From: an uncultured virus (IMG/VR IMGVR_UViG_3300025115_000005)
Lineage: Duplodnaviria > Heunggongvirae > Uroviricota > Caudoviricetes
Direction: 5' to 3' (one strand)
DNA length: 64,000 nt
Virus record (IMG/VR): IMGVR_UViG_3300025115_000005
A program made the position numbers and the translations under genes. Positions within the stretch are counted from its first letter, which is position 1, and every line of letters begins with the position of its first letter. The notes under the pieces are model-generated. The model worked only from the letters and a program-made list of their open reading frames with translations, searched no databases and was not told the DNA's origin. Positions 1 through 10,090 of this stretch are shown here, in pieces.

Positions 1-153
1 AAAGAAAATCTTTATAAGTCATCAAGATTTGTTATAGGTGTTATGGTTGGGTATAAATTAAACAACACAAAAACTATTAACAAAGAAACAATAATTAAAT
101 ACTGTGAATGGAAAGAAAAAATATTTAACCTTAATAACGGAGGAATAAAATGA
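1..153 (+). CDS. Partial hypothetical protein (5' truncated by window edge)
   Basis: Frame 1 is open from base 1 to TGA at 151-153, overlapping the ATG of the next gene (ATGA coupling). Confidence 0.6.
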   Translation, partial: KENLYKSSRFVIGVMVGYKLNNTKTINKETIIKYCEWKEKIFNLNNGGIK

Positions 154-740
154 AAGACTTAAAAGTATTTATTGTTGTATGTCATGGCACAGATAAAGAT
201 GGCGATTCTTATGATGAGACTATTGATCGTGTGTTCGTTACGGAGGACCAAGCATGTGAACATCTGATGAAGATGAAGCGTGATTGGTTAGAAGAGAACA
301 AGTGCACTGCACCTGTGATGTTGACTGACAAGTTTAACGAGTTCAGTCTTTATATAAATCCAGACGATCCCCTTGAGTATGCAGGTCATGTTAAAGAAAT
401 TTCTTTAGTAGGCTTGGATAAGCTAAGTGATAAAGAAAGATTCAACTTTGCTAGTGTTTTATTTCAGGATCCTTTTGATGGTGCACGTTATGCTATTCGG
501 TTAGAGCTTGATGTTTTTATACCTGAACGTGAGGATGTTTTAACAGATAAGCAGATTGATCAGCTCGTTAGTATAGGTATTGAGTTATATAAACAATACG
601 ATTATGCTACACCTACAGGTGTTGGTTGTGCAATTGCTCAGTATCTTATGAGTAAATACTCTAAGGATAAGCCACTCAATTATGATGCTATTACTTATGA
701 GGATTTATCTTATGCTTATGAAGTATCAGATTGGAGATAA
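150..740 (+). CDS. Hypothetical phage protein
   Basis: 196-aa ORF, GGAGG RBS upstream, part of a tightly packed + strand operon. Confidence 0.8.
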   Translation: MKDLKVFIVVCHGTDKDGDSYDETIDRVFVTEDQACEHLMKMKRDWLEENKCTAPVMLTDKFNEFSLYINPDDPLEYAGHVKEISLVGLDKLSDKERFNFASVLFQDPFDGARYAIRLELDVFIPEREDVLTDKQIDQLVSIGIELYKQYDYATPTGVGCAIAQYLMSKYSKDKPLNYDAITYEDLSYAYEVSDWR

Positions 741-742
741 CT

Positions 743-1033
743 ATGCCAGAACGTAAAGTATATCTAAGTGGTGTTCGTATATCTGCCAGTGAAAAAGTTC
801 CTGGATATTTTTATTATGCTGTCCGTCATACGGATAGTGGTTCTCTTCCATGGAGAGGTTATACCTTAGAACCTAAGGTAATTGTTAACCATTATTGTGA
901 TGTAGTTACTAACTTTGAGGTGACAGAGATTACATTAGGTAATCCTAATGCTAAAGATTCTATGTCTATGAGTAGATTCTTCAACAAGTATCAACCTAAA
1001 GAGCTAGATAGATTGGAGGAAATGTATGGCTAA
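743..1033 (+). CDS. LPD28-like protein (large polyvalent protein-associated domain 28)
   Basis: Motif YYYAVRHTD...TLEPKVIVNHYCDVVT resembles the LPD28 pattern (Y-x-x-R-H-x-D...T-I-E-x-x-V-x-V-N-H/F). GGAG RBS precedes the ATG at 743. Confidence 0.6.
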   Translation: MPERKVYLSGVRISASEKVPGYFYYAVRHTDSGSLPWRGYTLEPKVIVNHYCDVVTNFEVTEITLGNPNAKDSMSMSRFFNKYQPKELDRLEEMYG

Positions 1034-1478
1034 AATATTTGTAGGTTACTCAGGTGTAGGTAAGACTACATATTGTCATTCGAAGAATCTTTCCATCGAC
1101 TTAGAGTCAAGTCATTTCTTTAAGTCAGATGGATGGGAGCTAGGTTATGTATCACTAGCCATTCATCTTCAACGTGCAGGTTACAATGTGTTTGTGTCAG
1201 CACATGATGTTGTTCGTAAAGCATTAAGAGATCTGAATGTGGACTACATTATTATTGCACCTTCTATTGAGCTTAAAGCTATGTGGATATCTAGATTGCA
1301 AGCAAGATATAAATTGTCTCAAGACAAGAAAGATCTTCGTGCTCTAGATTTCACAGAGAAAAACTTTGAATCATCTGTGTTAGGTTTGATGGAAGATGCA
1401 CGATCAATCATATGGTTAACACCTGATGTTCCATATCTTAATGCACATCCAGAGTTTAAGAAAGGAGGTGAATTATAA
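1026..1478 (+). CDS. Small P-loop NTPase / nucleotide kinase-like protein
   Basis: N-terminal Walker A GYSGVGKT followed by IDLESS, typical of small phage kinase-like proteins. Confidence 0.7.
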   Translation: MAKIFVGYSGVGKTTYCHSKNLSIDLESSHFFKSDGWELGYVSLAIHLQRAGYNVFVSAHDVVRKALRDLNVDYIIIAPSIELKAMWISRLQARYKLSQDKKDLRALDFTEKNFESSVLGLMEDARSIIWLTPDVPYLNAHPEFKKGGEL

Positions 1479-1900
1479 TGAAGTTTAAAAAGGTTGAACA
1501 TGAGACAGTTAATATTGTTTCTTTCTATGTAGTCATAGGTAATATGACTAAAGTGTTTGGTGTATGGGCAAACTATCAAGAAAGAGTTGAGGCTAAGCTT
1601 GATGAATTACATACGATATCTGAACTTGATAGTTTTTTAACAAGCTTAGGTATTACTTTATATCTTAGAGACTTAGAGATGTCAAAATGTATTGAGTGTG
1701 GTAAGCCTATCAATCCTATGACTGATTCACATTATCATGGTGATGTAGATTACTGTGAGGAATGTGGTGAAGCTGTGCTCACTAAGTTTGTCAATGGGGA
1801 TAACTTGTATATCCACGAAGACCAAGACACCGGAGCTGAAGTGTATCTTGATGATGCTTACTCAGATCTAGAGTTCTTTGAGTATATTAAAGGAGAATAA
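1478..1900 (+). CDS. Hypothetical Zn-ribbon protein
   Basis: CIEC...CEEC pairs; AGGAGG RBS. Confidence 0.7.
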   Translation: MKFKKVEHETVNIVSFYVVIGNMTKVFGVWANYQERVEAKLDELHTISELDSFLTSLGITLYLRDLEMSKCIECGKPINPMTDSHYHGDVDYCEECGEAVLTKFVNGDNLYIHEDQDTGAEVYLDDAYSDLEFFEYIKGE

Positions 1901-1901
1901 T

Positions 1902-2138
1902 ATGCCATCATTTAGATTATTTCCTAATGGATATGCACAGGATATTCCTAGTGCTATCATTTCTGTGGATGATAGTCAAGCTACGGAGGCAAGGTCAGTT
2001 ATTCTGACCGCCTCTGCTTACTATGATCATATGATGAAAGAGCCTGATGGAAAAGTTGAGTACATCAAGGCTCAGTTAGATAATGGCGGTATTCTTTATG
2101 TTGACCTGTTGGAACAGGGCGAACAGATTTATTTATAA
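1902..2138 (+). CDS. Hypothetical protein
   Basis: AAGGAG RBS precedes the ATG at 1902; fits the operon packing. Confidence 0.7.
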   Translation: MPSFRLFPNGYAQDIPSAIISVDDSQATEARSVILTASAYYDHMMKEPDGKVEYIKAQLDNGGILYVDLLEQGEQIYL

Positions 2139-2149
2139 GGAGGATGTAA

Positions 2150-4477
2150 ATGATTCCATTAGAGTTAAGATTAAAGTTGCGTTATGAATTGCTGGAAGTA
2201 TTTAAAATGAATGAGCAGTATGCTCTTCAGGTGCATTGCTTTTCTAATGTGGCATTAGATGAGTTTATTAATGCATGGTGGACTAATCATAAAACTTTAA
2301 TTGAAGTTATGTCTACTACACCTGAGTGGGATTGGGAGCATCTTGCTATTGTTAAGCATAAGAATCTAGCAGGTGAAGTTGATTTTGTTAAAGCGTTTCA
2401 TTTATTTAGAGGCATGGTATATCGTGCACATGATGCTGTTGCATTAGGAACAAAGACAGATGGTCCTAGAGTAACGCAATGTGGTGTTACCATTGCACCT
2501 TTAAGAAACTTAATGATTGAATTGTTTGAGGAGCTCATCTTAGATGGGCTTCCTCTTACTAAGTGCAAGGCTGGCAGTAAAAATAACAAACCTTTTATTT
2601 CTGCTGCTGCCTCTGGTGTTTATAAAGATTTCTTATCTAAAGAAGAGAATCGTCCTTCTTATAAGAAAGATGACGGTCAGTATGTAGATAGATTTGAGGA
2701 GGTCTTTGGGTTTAAGTTTGGTAGATATCCTGAGGCTATCTTTACTGAGCTACTAGCTTTGGCTGATCTGGATAAACCTAATCGTCGTAACGCATTAAAG
2801 TCTAATCTTGTTTCTTTATTAGATAACAAAGATAATTTATTCCTTTTTAAAACTTCCTTCCTACGCTACTTGGCAGTTGATAAGGTAAGTAATAAGACAG
2901 GTGAGGGTGTTGATAAGACTACAGTTATTAATAAGATGCTTGATTATTATTTTAAATTAACTAGTGTGTTAACAATTAACAATCGCATGTATTCTAAGGA
3001 GGGCTCTAGTAATCCTATAGCTCATAAAACTATAGATGAATTTATGTTTGGGACTGACACTTACAATGGTGTCATGTCTACTATATGGTTTCAGTTACCT
3101 AAGGATATTACTGTAAAGAACAGAGACTCTAGAGGTAGATTTGTTTTAGAGAATAAAGCTTCCTATACTCAAACATTAAATCTGATAACTCAGTCTGTTC
3201 ATGCTGCTTTTATTGATGAGACCTATGTGTTGTCTGTACATCCATGTGATATAATCAATGGTTCATTAGGATCTACATGGGGTTCATGTCATGCTTTCTC
3301 AAACGTTTACCCTTCTAATGGTATTGCGTATCATCGTTATGGTGAGGGTGGATATCATGGAGGTAACTTTGGATTTGCTGCAGGTAATGGATTGATTTAT
3401 TATATTCCTCAAAAGATATATAAAGACATTCCTCTATGGCAGACTCCCCGTATTCAGAGACAATGGATATGGGTTAACAGTGACCTTACTGCGATACGCC
3501 AGAACTATTTCTATCCTGGTAGACCTAACGATAAAGAGTCTGCACGTAGAGCACAAGAGCTTCGTGTTTATCTACAGAATTTATTCTCTGCTGTTAATGG
3601 TACAACAGGTACAGCTGATTGGCGTATAGGTAAGGATATTGACGACGTACCTTTTCAAGATGTTACTGAGGGTGGTCCTTCACTAGCTTATGGTGATCCT
3701 ATTATGAGCCGTGTTTATGTGGCTAAAGATAAGGTACCTAAGATTAAGAATATTATATATAGTAAGAACACATCTTACTTCAATCATCCAGGACAGCTAT
3801 GGCGAAGTCGTAACACTCATCGTGTTATTCAGGATAATCTTTATGAACGATACTGTAAGATTAGTGGTGAGCTTTTAGATCGTAACGCAGGTAACAATTC
3901 AATGTCTGAGAAATGTAGAGCAGAAAGAATACCTTGTTCTGTTACGGGAACATTACATCATCCTTCAGAGATGATTAAAGTTGGTAGTAACTATTACACA
4001 TACTTAGCTTTTAAAAAAGTTAAGGATAACTTTAAATACTGTGAAGATACTAAACAACTTGAAGAGGTTTATGTTGCTGTCACTAATTCATTAAAGCAAA
4101 CGCTTTACTATCATGATGCATCACATCAAGATATCGGACAATGTAAAGTATGTCATGCTTACTTTACTGAAGATGTTTTAATTGATGGCTATTGTCCTGA
4201 TCATTTACCTTCAGACAATATCTCTATTGAATCTATTGAGTCTAAGTTTCGAACTGGTACTATTGCTTTATCCTTTGAGGATGTAGAGCAAGCTCGTAAT
4301 ATCCTAGTAGCATTAGGTAAGGTGAGTGAGTTGAAGTGGAAGTCAGGTCGTGCTCTTCAAGATTTCATTCCGCCTACTAATGCTGTTGTTTTATTTGTTC
4401 ATAAGGATGCTGTTATTACAGTCAACAAGAATCGTTATGAAGGTATGACTTTAGATATATCAACAATCACACTTTAG
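2150..4477 (+). CDS. Large hypothetical phage protein with a conserved-looking SVHPxD...SxWxSCH core and a Cys/His-rich C-terminal region
   Basis: 775-aa ORF, AGGAGG RBS; motif YVLSVHPCDIINGSLGSTWGSCH; several C-terminal Cys motifs. Confidence 0.75.
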   Translation: MIPLELRLKLRYELLEVFKMNEQYALQVHCFSNVALDEFINAWWTNHKTLIEVMSTTPEWDWEHLAIVKHKNLAGEVDFVKAFHLFRGMVYRAHDAVALGTKTDGPRVTQCGVTIAPLRNLMIELFEELILDGLPLTKCKAGSKNNKPFISAAASGVYKDFLSKEENRPSYKKDDGQYVDRFEEVFGFKFGRYPEAIFTELLALADLDKPNRRNALKSNLVSLLDNKDNLFLFKTSFLRYLAVDKVSNKTGEGVDKTTVINKMLDYYFKLTSVLTINNRMYSKEGSSNPIAHKTIDEFMFGTDTYNGVMSTIWFQLPKDITVKNRDSRGRFVLENKASYTQTLNLITQSVHAAFIDETYVLSVHPCDIINGSLGSTWGSCHAFSNVYPSNGIAYHRYGEGGYHGGNFGFAAGNGLIYYIPQKIYKDIPLWQTPRIQRQWIWVNSDLTAIRQNYFYPGRPNDKESARRAQELRVYLQNLFSAVNGTTGTADWRIGKDIDDVPFQDVTEGGPSLAYGDPIMSRVYVAKDKVPKIKNIIYSKNTSYFNHPGQLWRSRNTHRVIQDNLYERYCKISGELLDRNAGNNSMSEKCRAERIPCSVTGTLHHPSEMIKVGSNYYTYLAFKKVKDNFKYCEDTKQLEEVYVAVTNSLKQTLYYHDASHQDIGQCKVCHAYFTEDVLIDGYCPDHLPSDNISIESIESKFRTGTIALSFEDVEQARNILVALGKVSELKWKSGRALQDFIPPTNAVVLFVHKDAVITVNKNRYEGMTLDISTITL

Positions 4478-4489
4478 GAGGTGTAATAA

Positions 4490-5521
4490 ATGGACATTAA
4501 ATTATTAGAGCAAATTACACGCTATGAAGTATTACCTTTAATGGAGTTTCTCGGAGGAGAACTCAGTAAGTATTATAAAACTGTAGAGATATCACGGGAT
4601 GCTAAACACGGTTTCTTGTTTGCACCTGGAACTATTCCTGTTGCAGTTGTTGCTCATTTGGATACAGTACATCGTGTTCCTGTTCAAAAAGTTAAAGTAA
4701 GTAAAGCACTCCACATGTCTTCATCCGAGGGTATTGGAGGTGATGACAGATGTGGTGTCTTTATTATTCTTTCTTTATTAATGAAAGGATTAAGACCTAC
4801 AGTAATCTTCACTACAGGGGAAGAGATTGGAGGCTTAGGTGCTCGTGCATTTACTTCAGTCTATGCTACCTTAGACAATGTTAATTGGATGATTGAGTTT
4901 GACAGAGCAGGTTATGATGAAGTAGTTAATTATAGTGATCAGAATCCTGATTTGATTGATGAGATAGTTAAGTTTGGTTTTCAAAAAGCACGTGGATCTT
5001 TCACAGATATAAGTATTCTTGCTCCTCACTTTAAACGTAGTGCTGTTAATGTGTCTAGTGCTTATTATAATCCTCATCAAACAAAAGAATACATTGATCT
5101 TTATCAGTTAGATACTATCATTAAGAAAGCTGAACGCATCCTTACTTCTAGTCTTGTTAAGAAAGAGTTTATTTATAAAGAAGCGAAGAGCTACTACTCA
5201 AGTTACAAAGAGTCTGAGCGTAGAGATAACTACTTTAAAGAAGGTTGGCTTCCTGGTAAGACTCTGTTTGATTCACCTCAACGTTCAGCTAAGAGAGATT
5301 ATGTAGATAATCTAGTTGGTCAGTGTGCTATGTGTGGTAAGAATGGCAAGGTTGTAGATACTTATGAGGGTTACATGTGTGCTTCTTGTGCTAAGGAATC
5401 TATTAAGCACGGAGGCATTCAATGTGACGTTTGCGGAACCATTCATGAAGTCAGTGCTTATGACAGAGACAAAGGCTACGTGGAATGTTTAGTTTGTGGT
5501 AACAAATTGTTTTTAAATTAG
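4490..5521 (+). CDS. M28/M20-family zinc metallopeptidase with C-terminal Zn ribbons
   Basis: Metal-ligand motifs AHLDTVH, GGDDRCG, TTGEEIGGLGA, IEFDR and YYNPH; four CxxC pairs at the C-terminus. Confidence 0.85.
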   Translation: MDIKLLEQITRYEVLPLMEFLGGELSKYYKTVEISRDAKHGFLFAPGTIPVAVVAHLDTVHRVPVQKVKVSKALHMSSSEGIGGDDRCGVFIILSLLMKGLRPTVIFTTGEEIGGLGARAFTSVYATLDNVNWMIEFDRAGYDEVVNYSDQNPDLIDEIVKFGFQKARGSFTDISILAPHFKRSAVNVSSAYYNPHQTKEYIDLYQLDTIIKKAERILTSSLVKKEFIYKEAKSYYSSYKESERRDNYFKEGWLPGKTLFDSPQRSAKRDYVDNLVGQCAMCGKNGKVVDTYEGYMCASCAKESIKHGGIQCDVCGTIHEVSAYDRDKGYVECLVCGNKLFLN

Positions 5522-5531
5522 GAGGTGGCTT

Positions 5532-6173
5532 ATGCCAGACATTAAAATTATTGCTGATAAGAAAAAGATTTTACCTAAGGACACTACAGTTGTAGCTGTT
5601 GCTGAATCTCTGCTCACTAAGACAGCAGAGGAGTTTGTTAATGCTGACATAGTTGATACTATCAATGATATCACTGTGTTACGGTCTGCTAAAGCGATTG
5701 TCCAGTCAGAGCTTGATGTACTTCAACCTCAGATTGAAGCAATTGAAACTCAGATAGATACCTTAGTTGCTCAGATAGACACTCTTATAGGTGAAAGACC
5801 TGTTAAGATTAAGTCTTATGAGACTAAGATTAAAGAGATTCTATCTGCTGTTGCTGTTGAAGATAAGGTTGGTGTTGATCCATCAGATCTTGCACCTAAT
5901 GCTTCACGATTCCTTATCGTAAACAGATCTTCTGTTGAGTATCTTCCTGGCCCACGTTTTGATATCGCTGAAGTGTTAAGAGTATTCCCTTATCTTAAAC
6001 AGTTTGCAACTTTAGCTATACCTAAAAAGATAAACGCAGATTTAGAGGGTGTTCTTAATCTTGCTGTTGAACAGACTTACATGGTTCGTTCTGTTACTCA
6101 GCAATCTTCTTTGACGGACACAGATATTGCTGTTCGTAAGTTTAATTGGGACGAGTCTATCGTTGTTGAATAA
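5532..6173 (+). CDS. Hypothetical protein with coiled-coil segment
   Basis: 213 aa, heptad-like QIEAIETQIDTLVAQIDTL; GGAGG RBS. Confidence 0.75.
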   Translation: MPDIKIIADKKKILPKDTTVVAVAESLLTKTAEEFVNADIVDTINDITVLRSAKAIVQSELDVLQPQIEAIETQIDTLVAQIDTLIGERPVKIKSYETKIKEILSAVAVEDKVGVDPSDLAPNASRFLIVNRSSVEYLPGPRFDIAEVLRVFPYLKQFATLAIPKKINADLEGVLNLAVEQTYMVRSVTQQSSLTDTDIAVRKFNWDESIVVE

Positions 6174-6185
6174 GGAGATGATATA

Positions 6186-6539
6186 ATGATATTACCAGAC
6201 GCTAAGTTTCATGTTGCTGCAGCTACAATCATTCGCCATTACAGTGCCGTACCTAATGGTCCTGTTCAGGTAGGTGATTGTAAGCCTGCTACAGTTGATA
6301 CAGTTGAGGATAACCGTACTGACTTTACATTGAAGGTGGTTTATAATAACACCTTACTTGGTTATGTGGCTTTTAGAATGACTGCGTTTGCTAAGGTTAA
6401 TACCTTTGACGTTCTTAGTAACGTTAAGATTCATTCAAGGAATTATGAGTCTATTTTAAGAGAGTTCCCTGCCCGTGATTTTGATTCGGGTGAGGCACTA
6501 GGTCAAGCAATTATTAGGGCTATCAATAGTCTAATATAG
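6186..6539 (+). CDS. Hypothetical protein
   Basis: 117-aa ORF with AAGGAG RBS. Confidence 0.75.
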   Translation: MILPDAKFHVAAATIIRHYSAVPNGPVQVGDCKPATVDTVEDNRTDFTLKVVYNNTLLGYVAFRMTAFAKVNTFDVLSNVKIHSRNYESILREFPARDFDSGEALGQAIIRAINSLI

Positions 6540-6547
6540 GAGGAACT

Positions 6548-7867
6548 ATGGCATATAATTGGGACTTAAATGAAAAGAAATTGATGGATGCTATTGACAT
6601 CGAGGGGCATATTGCTAAACATATTAATGTTAATCGTCACGAAGCAACATGTCCTTTTCATGATGATCATAATCCATCACTAAAGATTAGTTCTAAAAAA
6701 CAAGTGGCAAAATGTTTTGCTTGTGGATGGTCAGGTAATGTTGTTAAGTTTCATATGAATTACAATGGTATGAATAAGCAGAAGGCTATGGAACAACTTG
6801 CTGAAATGTATGGAGTATCTATCGAACCATTTACAGATAGCGGACCTACTATAGATTACTCATGGACAAAACATTATGATGAGGCATCTAAGTTCTTTAA
6901 CTTTTACCTTATGAATACAGAGCCTGCTGTTAATTATTTAAGTGAACGTGGCATTAGCGATAAGACTATTGAAGCTTATCGTTTAGGTATATGCCCGAAG
7001 AATAAATCCTTAGAGGCTATGCTTAGAGACAAGTATCCTGATGATAACATTCTTGATAGTGATTTGTTTTACCCTAAGTCAGGTGATCCTAAATATGGTA
7101 GTCGTATTGTCTTTCCTTTAATGAATCATTATGGTACAGCTGTGATTGGATGGGCTGGGCGTTATGTGTCTCCTGTTATTGAAGATAAAAAGCTTGTAGC
7201 TTTTACTAGCAACATACCTAATGATTCTATATCTAAATATCTTAATACAATGGATGATCATTCACATCAAGGTGGATACTTAAAAGATTATTACCTTTAT
7301 GGTTATCATATTGCTAAAGATTATACTACAGTGTATGTTGTTGAAGGATATATGGATGTTGTATCTATGTATCAAGCAGGCTATCAGAATACTGTAGCCG
7401 TTGGTGGTACAAGTTTAACTCCTAATCAATTCAACAAGATATCTAATAAAGGTATTGTCCTTTCTTTTGATGCTGATGATGCAGGTGTTAAGGCCGCTCT
7501 TCAGATTACAATTAAGTATTGGTATAAAGATTTTAGATATGGGGTTTATCCTATTGGTGCTAAGGATGCGAATGACGCTCTTCAAAAAGGTGATGGCACT
7601 ATCACTATGCGTATCTTAAACCTTGTTGATTACATTCAGTATGTCTGTGAAGAGCTCAAGATTTTTGATGGATTATCTACAGATGATAGAATCAAATGGT
7701 ATAAAGCTATTCTTATGACAGCTGAGGCTATCGATCCATCGTCAGATCAAGGATACATCCTTAAGGCTATGATTAAGAAGTATTTATTATGGTACATGGG
7801 GCTTCAAGAACCTATGCTTACAAGTTTTGTTACAGATGCATTAGCTAAACTAGGAGGTAAGCTATGA
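6548..7867 (+). CDS. dnaG: DnaG-type DNA primase (CHC2 zinc finger + TOPRIM)
   Basis: CPFHDDHNPS...CFAC zinc finger; RIVFP, KYLN, VVEGYMDV and FDADDAG motifs; KDAND. Confidence 0.93.
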   Translation: MAYNWDLNEKKLMDAIDIEGHIAKHINVNRHEATCPFHDDHNPSLKISSKKQVAKCFACGWSGNVVKFHMNYNGMNKQKAMEQLAEMYGVSIEPFTDSGPTIDYSWTKHYDEASKFFNFYLMNTEPAVNYLSERGISDKTIEAYRLGICPKNKSLEAMLRDKYPDDNILDSDLFYPKSGDPKYGSRIVFPLMNHYGTAVIGWAGRYVSPVIEDKKLVAFTSNIPNDSISKYLNTMDDHSHQGGYLKDYYLYGYHIAKDYTTVYVVEGYMDVVSMYQAGYQNTVAVGGTSLTPNQFNKISNKGIVLSFDADDAGVKAALQITIKYWYKDFRYGVYPIGAKDANDALQKGDGTITMRILNLVDYIQYVCEELKIFDGLSTDDRIKWYKAILMTAEAIDPSSDQGYILKAMIKKYLLWYMGLQEPMLTSFVTDALAKLGGKL

Positions 7868-8190
7868 ATCCTTGGGCTTTATTGTATATTATACCTATTT
7901 ATTTTGGATCAAAATTATTAGCTAGTCATCTTAAGTATCATGACCTTTATCATCTTAAGATTGATAATGACAAGCAGTTAGTTTTTTCTGGGCGGGGGTT
8001 ATTAACTCCCGTCCGGTTTCGTGTTATTCAAACGCTTACTAATGATAAGCCATTGAAGAAAGTGTTTGGAACATTTGATGAAGCAGTAATCTATTCTTTA
8101 GATTGTGCAGTTAGTTATTCATCGCCTATTAGAGACAGCCTTAATAAGATGCTTTATAATGGAAGAAAAACTTTAGGAGGAAAGAAATGA
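7864..8190 (+). CDS. Hypothetical protein with N-terminal hydrophobic segment
   Basis: 108 aa; GGAGG RBS; overlaps both neighbouring genes. Confidence 0.7.
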   Translation: MNPWALLYIIPIYFGSKLLASHLKYHDLYHLKIDNDKQLVFSGRGLLTPVRFRVIQTLTNDKPLKKVFGTFDEAVIYSLDCAVSYSSPIRDSLNKMLYNGRKTLGGKK

Positions 8191-8567
8191 AACGTGTAGA
8201 ATTGTATGATCATGCAATTAAATTCTATGGACCTGATGCTCAGGTTAAAATGTTGTTGGAAGAGATGGCTGAACTTCAGGTTGTCGTCCTTAAATCAATG
8301 CGTGATACTCAGGCTGACAGTCCTGAGAACAAAGCTAAAGTTCTTGATGAGCTTGTTGATGTATCTATCATGGTAGAGCAGATGAAAGTTCTTTATGGTA
8401 TAGAACCTAAGCAGTTTAACACTCACAAGAGATTCAAGAAACGCAGACTGGCTAAACGTATGGCGTTTACTGGACCTATGTCGTCGTTTGGATTGACTCC
8501 AGATGAGTTAACTAATCCCCATGATCTTAGAACAAACGGTGGACGTAAAGATGGAGGGACTATCTAA
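8187..8567 (+). CDS. MazG-like nucleotide pyrophosphohydrolase
   Basis: EEMAEL...DELVDV pattern (EExxE...ExxD) of all-alpha NTP pyrophosphatases. Confidence 0.75.
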   Translation: MKRVELYDHAIKFYGPDAQVKMLLEEMAELQVVVLKSMRDTQADSPENKAKVLDELVDVSIMVEQMKVLYGIEPKQFNTHKRFKKRRLAKRMAFTGPMSSFGLTPDELTNPHDLRTNGGRKDGGTI

Positions 8568-8740
8568 TGTTTGAATTGTTTTTAGCAGATTTGCTACCGG
8601 AAAAACGTAAGGAATTTTTAGAAGCTCACGGGTGTTGGGACGCTGATGTAGAAGATCCTTCTACATGGCCTAATAATTGGAATGTGTTTCCTATTATGGT
8701 GTTTGATCCAGATGATAGAGATGATGAGGAGGTAGAATAA
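8567..8740 (+). CDS. Small acidic hypothetical protein (57 aa, not in the ORF track)
   Basis: ATG at 8567 overlaps the upstream stop, GGAGG RBS, reads MFELFLADLLPEKRKEFLEAHGCWD... to TAA at 8738-8740, overlapping the next ATG. Confidence 0.65.
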   Translation: MFELFLADLLPEKRKEFLEAHGCWDADVEDPSTWPNNWNVFPIMVFDPDDRDDEEVE

Positions 8741-9198
8741 TGACAGGTTTAGTTACACACGGCATACGTAAGAAGTATGCTGAGTTAGTAGAGTCTGGCT
8801 ATATCCAACCTTACAAATTATCTAATGGCTTTTTACATACAGGTCATGCAGTTAAGTGTTGGTTCTGTGGTGGGACCGCTGTTAAACGCAGCGGTTCTAT
8901 CTTTAGTGATTCATCCATAGAAGAAGCTACGTGCGAAGAGTGTGGCAAGAGACTTTCTTTTCATGAGTACGGTAACTATGAGTATAATTTCTTGGAAGTT
9001 TATCCTTCTAAGTGGGTGAAGTTGGAGACAGGTTCAGTCATTAATACGATAGCTGCTCCTAAGAATACTTATTATGTTATACGTGAAGGTTATCTTTTTA
9101 ATTATCCTAAACATCAGCAAAGTCATATGACATTACAGTATGTTAAGGTAGGTAAAATTCTTAAGGAAGCAGAGACACTGAAGGAGTTGAAACTATGA
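8740..9198 (+). CDS. Hypothetical Zn-ribbon protein
   Basis: CWFC...CEEC; GGAGG RBS. Confidence 0.75.
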   Translation: MTGLVTHGIRKKYAELVESGYIQPYKLSNGFLHTGHAVKCWFCGGTAVKRSGSIFSDSSIEEATCEECGKRLSFHEYGNYEYNFLEVYPSKWVKLETGSVINTIAAPKNTYYVIREGYLFNYPKHQQSHMTLQYVKVGKILKEAETLKELKL

Positions 9199-9647
9199 AG
9201 TGTAAGTTTTGTGGTCACGATGCACCCTCTAATATGCAGGGGTATTGTCAAGTATGCTATAGATATTTTATAATAGAAGGGAAGGATGTTCATCCTATTC
9301 CTCCCTATGGTGAGATAGCTTACGCAGATAATGGCGACTGCATCTGTCCTTTGTGTGGCAAGGCGTTTCGTAAATTAGGTAGACATTTTAATCTTGCTCA
9401 TGGTTTAACATCGAAGCAAGCTCACGAGAAAGTTGGTTGGGATCATAACGCTAAGGCTAGTAATGAAACTTATAGAGAGCTTATGAGGGCTAGACTTCAA
9501 CCAAAGTGTGTTACTGAGAATTTAATTAAGGCTGGTCAAGAGACCAGATATGTGCCTAACCATCCTGGTAGACCTAGGGATAAGGTTAGTGCTATGACAT
9601 TAAAGAGACTGAAGCAACAGTCCTTTATTAAGGAGACATTGAAATGA
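9195..9647 (+). CDS. Zinc-finger protein (C4 plus C2H2/MucR-like)
   Basis: CKFC..CQVC and CPLCGKAFRKLGRHFNLAH. Confidence 0.7.
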   Translation: MKCKFCGHDAPSNMQGYCQVCYRYFIIEGKDVHPIPPYGEIAYADNGDCICPLCGKAFRKLGRHFNLAHGLTSKQAHEKVGWDHNAKASNETYRELMRARLQPKCVTENLIKAGQETRYVPNHPGRPRDKVSAMTLKRLKQQSFIKETLK

Positions 9648-9719
9648 ACGAAAAAACAATAAAATTGCTGTTACAAGAACGCAAGTTCCGGTGTGGCTTG
9701 TTAGGGTTAAGGAGTTATT

Positions 9720-10076
9720 ATGAGCGTAGTTACACTAAATAAAAAAGCATTGCTTGATGCTATGCCTACGCTTAAAGATGATATAGGTTTTCAGACAGCC
9801 TTACTTCTTAAGGTATGTGATCAGTTACCTACTAACTACCTTAATGTAGTTCTTACTAAGCTCTTCTATACACGTGTATGGGATAAGCCCTACTATGTGA
9901 TGAAGAAAGGTAATGAACTTGAGACTTATTTTCAGACAGAACAAGATGTTGTTAAATGGTTTATGGATGGAGATAACTATCCTAAGGTTATATCTGAGAT
10001 GTTAGTTAAAAGATTTATTAACGGTACATCTAAGATAGAAGATTATACTATAGAAAAAAAGGGTGAGTCATTATGA
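9720..10076 (+). CDS. Hypothetical protein
   Basis: 118 aa, AAGGAG RBS; last gene of the + strand arm. Confidence 0.7.
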   Translation: MSVVTLNKKALLDAMPTLKDDIGFQTALLLKVCDQLPTNYLNVVLTKLFYTRVWDKPYYVMKKGNELETYFQTEQDVVKWFMDGDNYPKVISEMLVKRFINGTSKIEDYTIEKKGESL

Positions 10077-10090
10077 CTTGCCCTCTTATT
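10053..10090. terminator. Intrinsic terminator between convergent transcription units
   Basis: Hairpin AGGGTGAGTCAT-T-ATGACTTGCCCT, with an A-tract on the left (U-tract for the minus strand) and a T-rich right flank. Confidence 0.8.
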
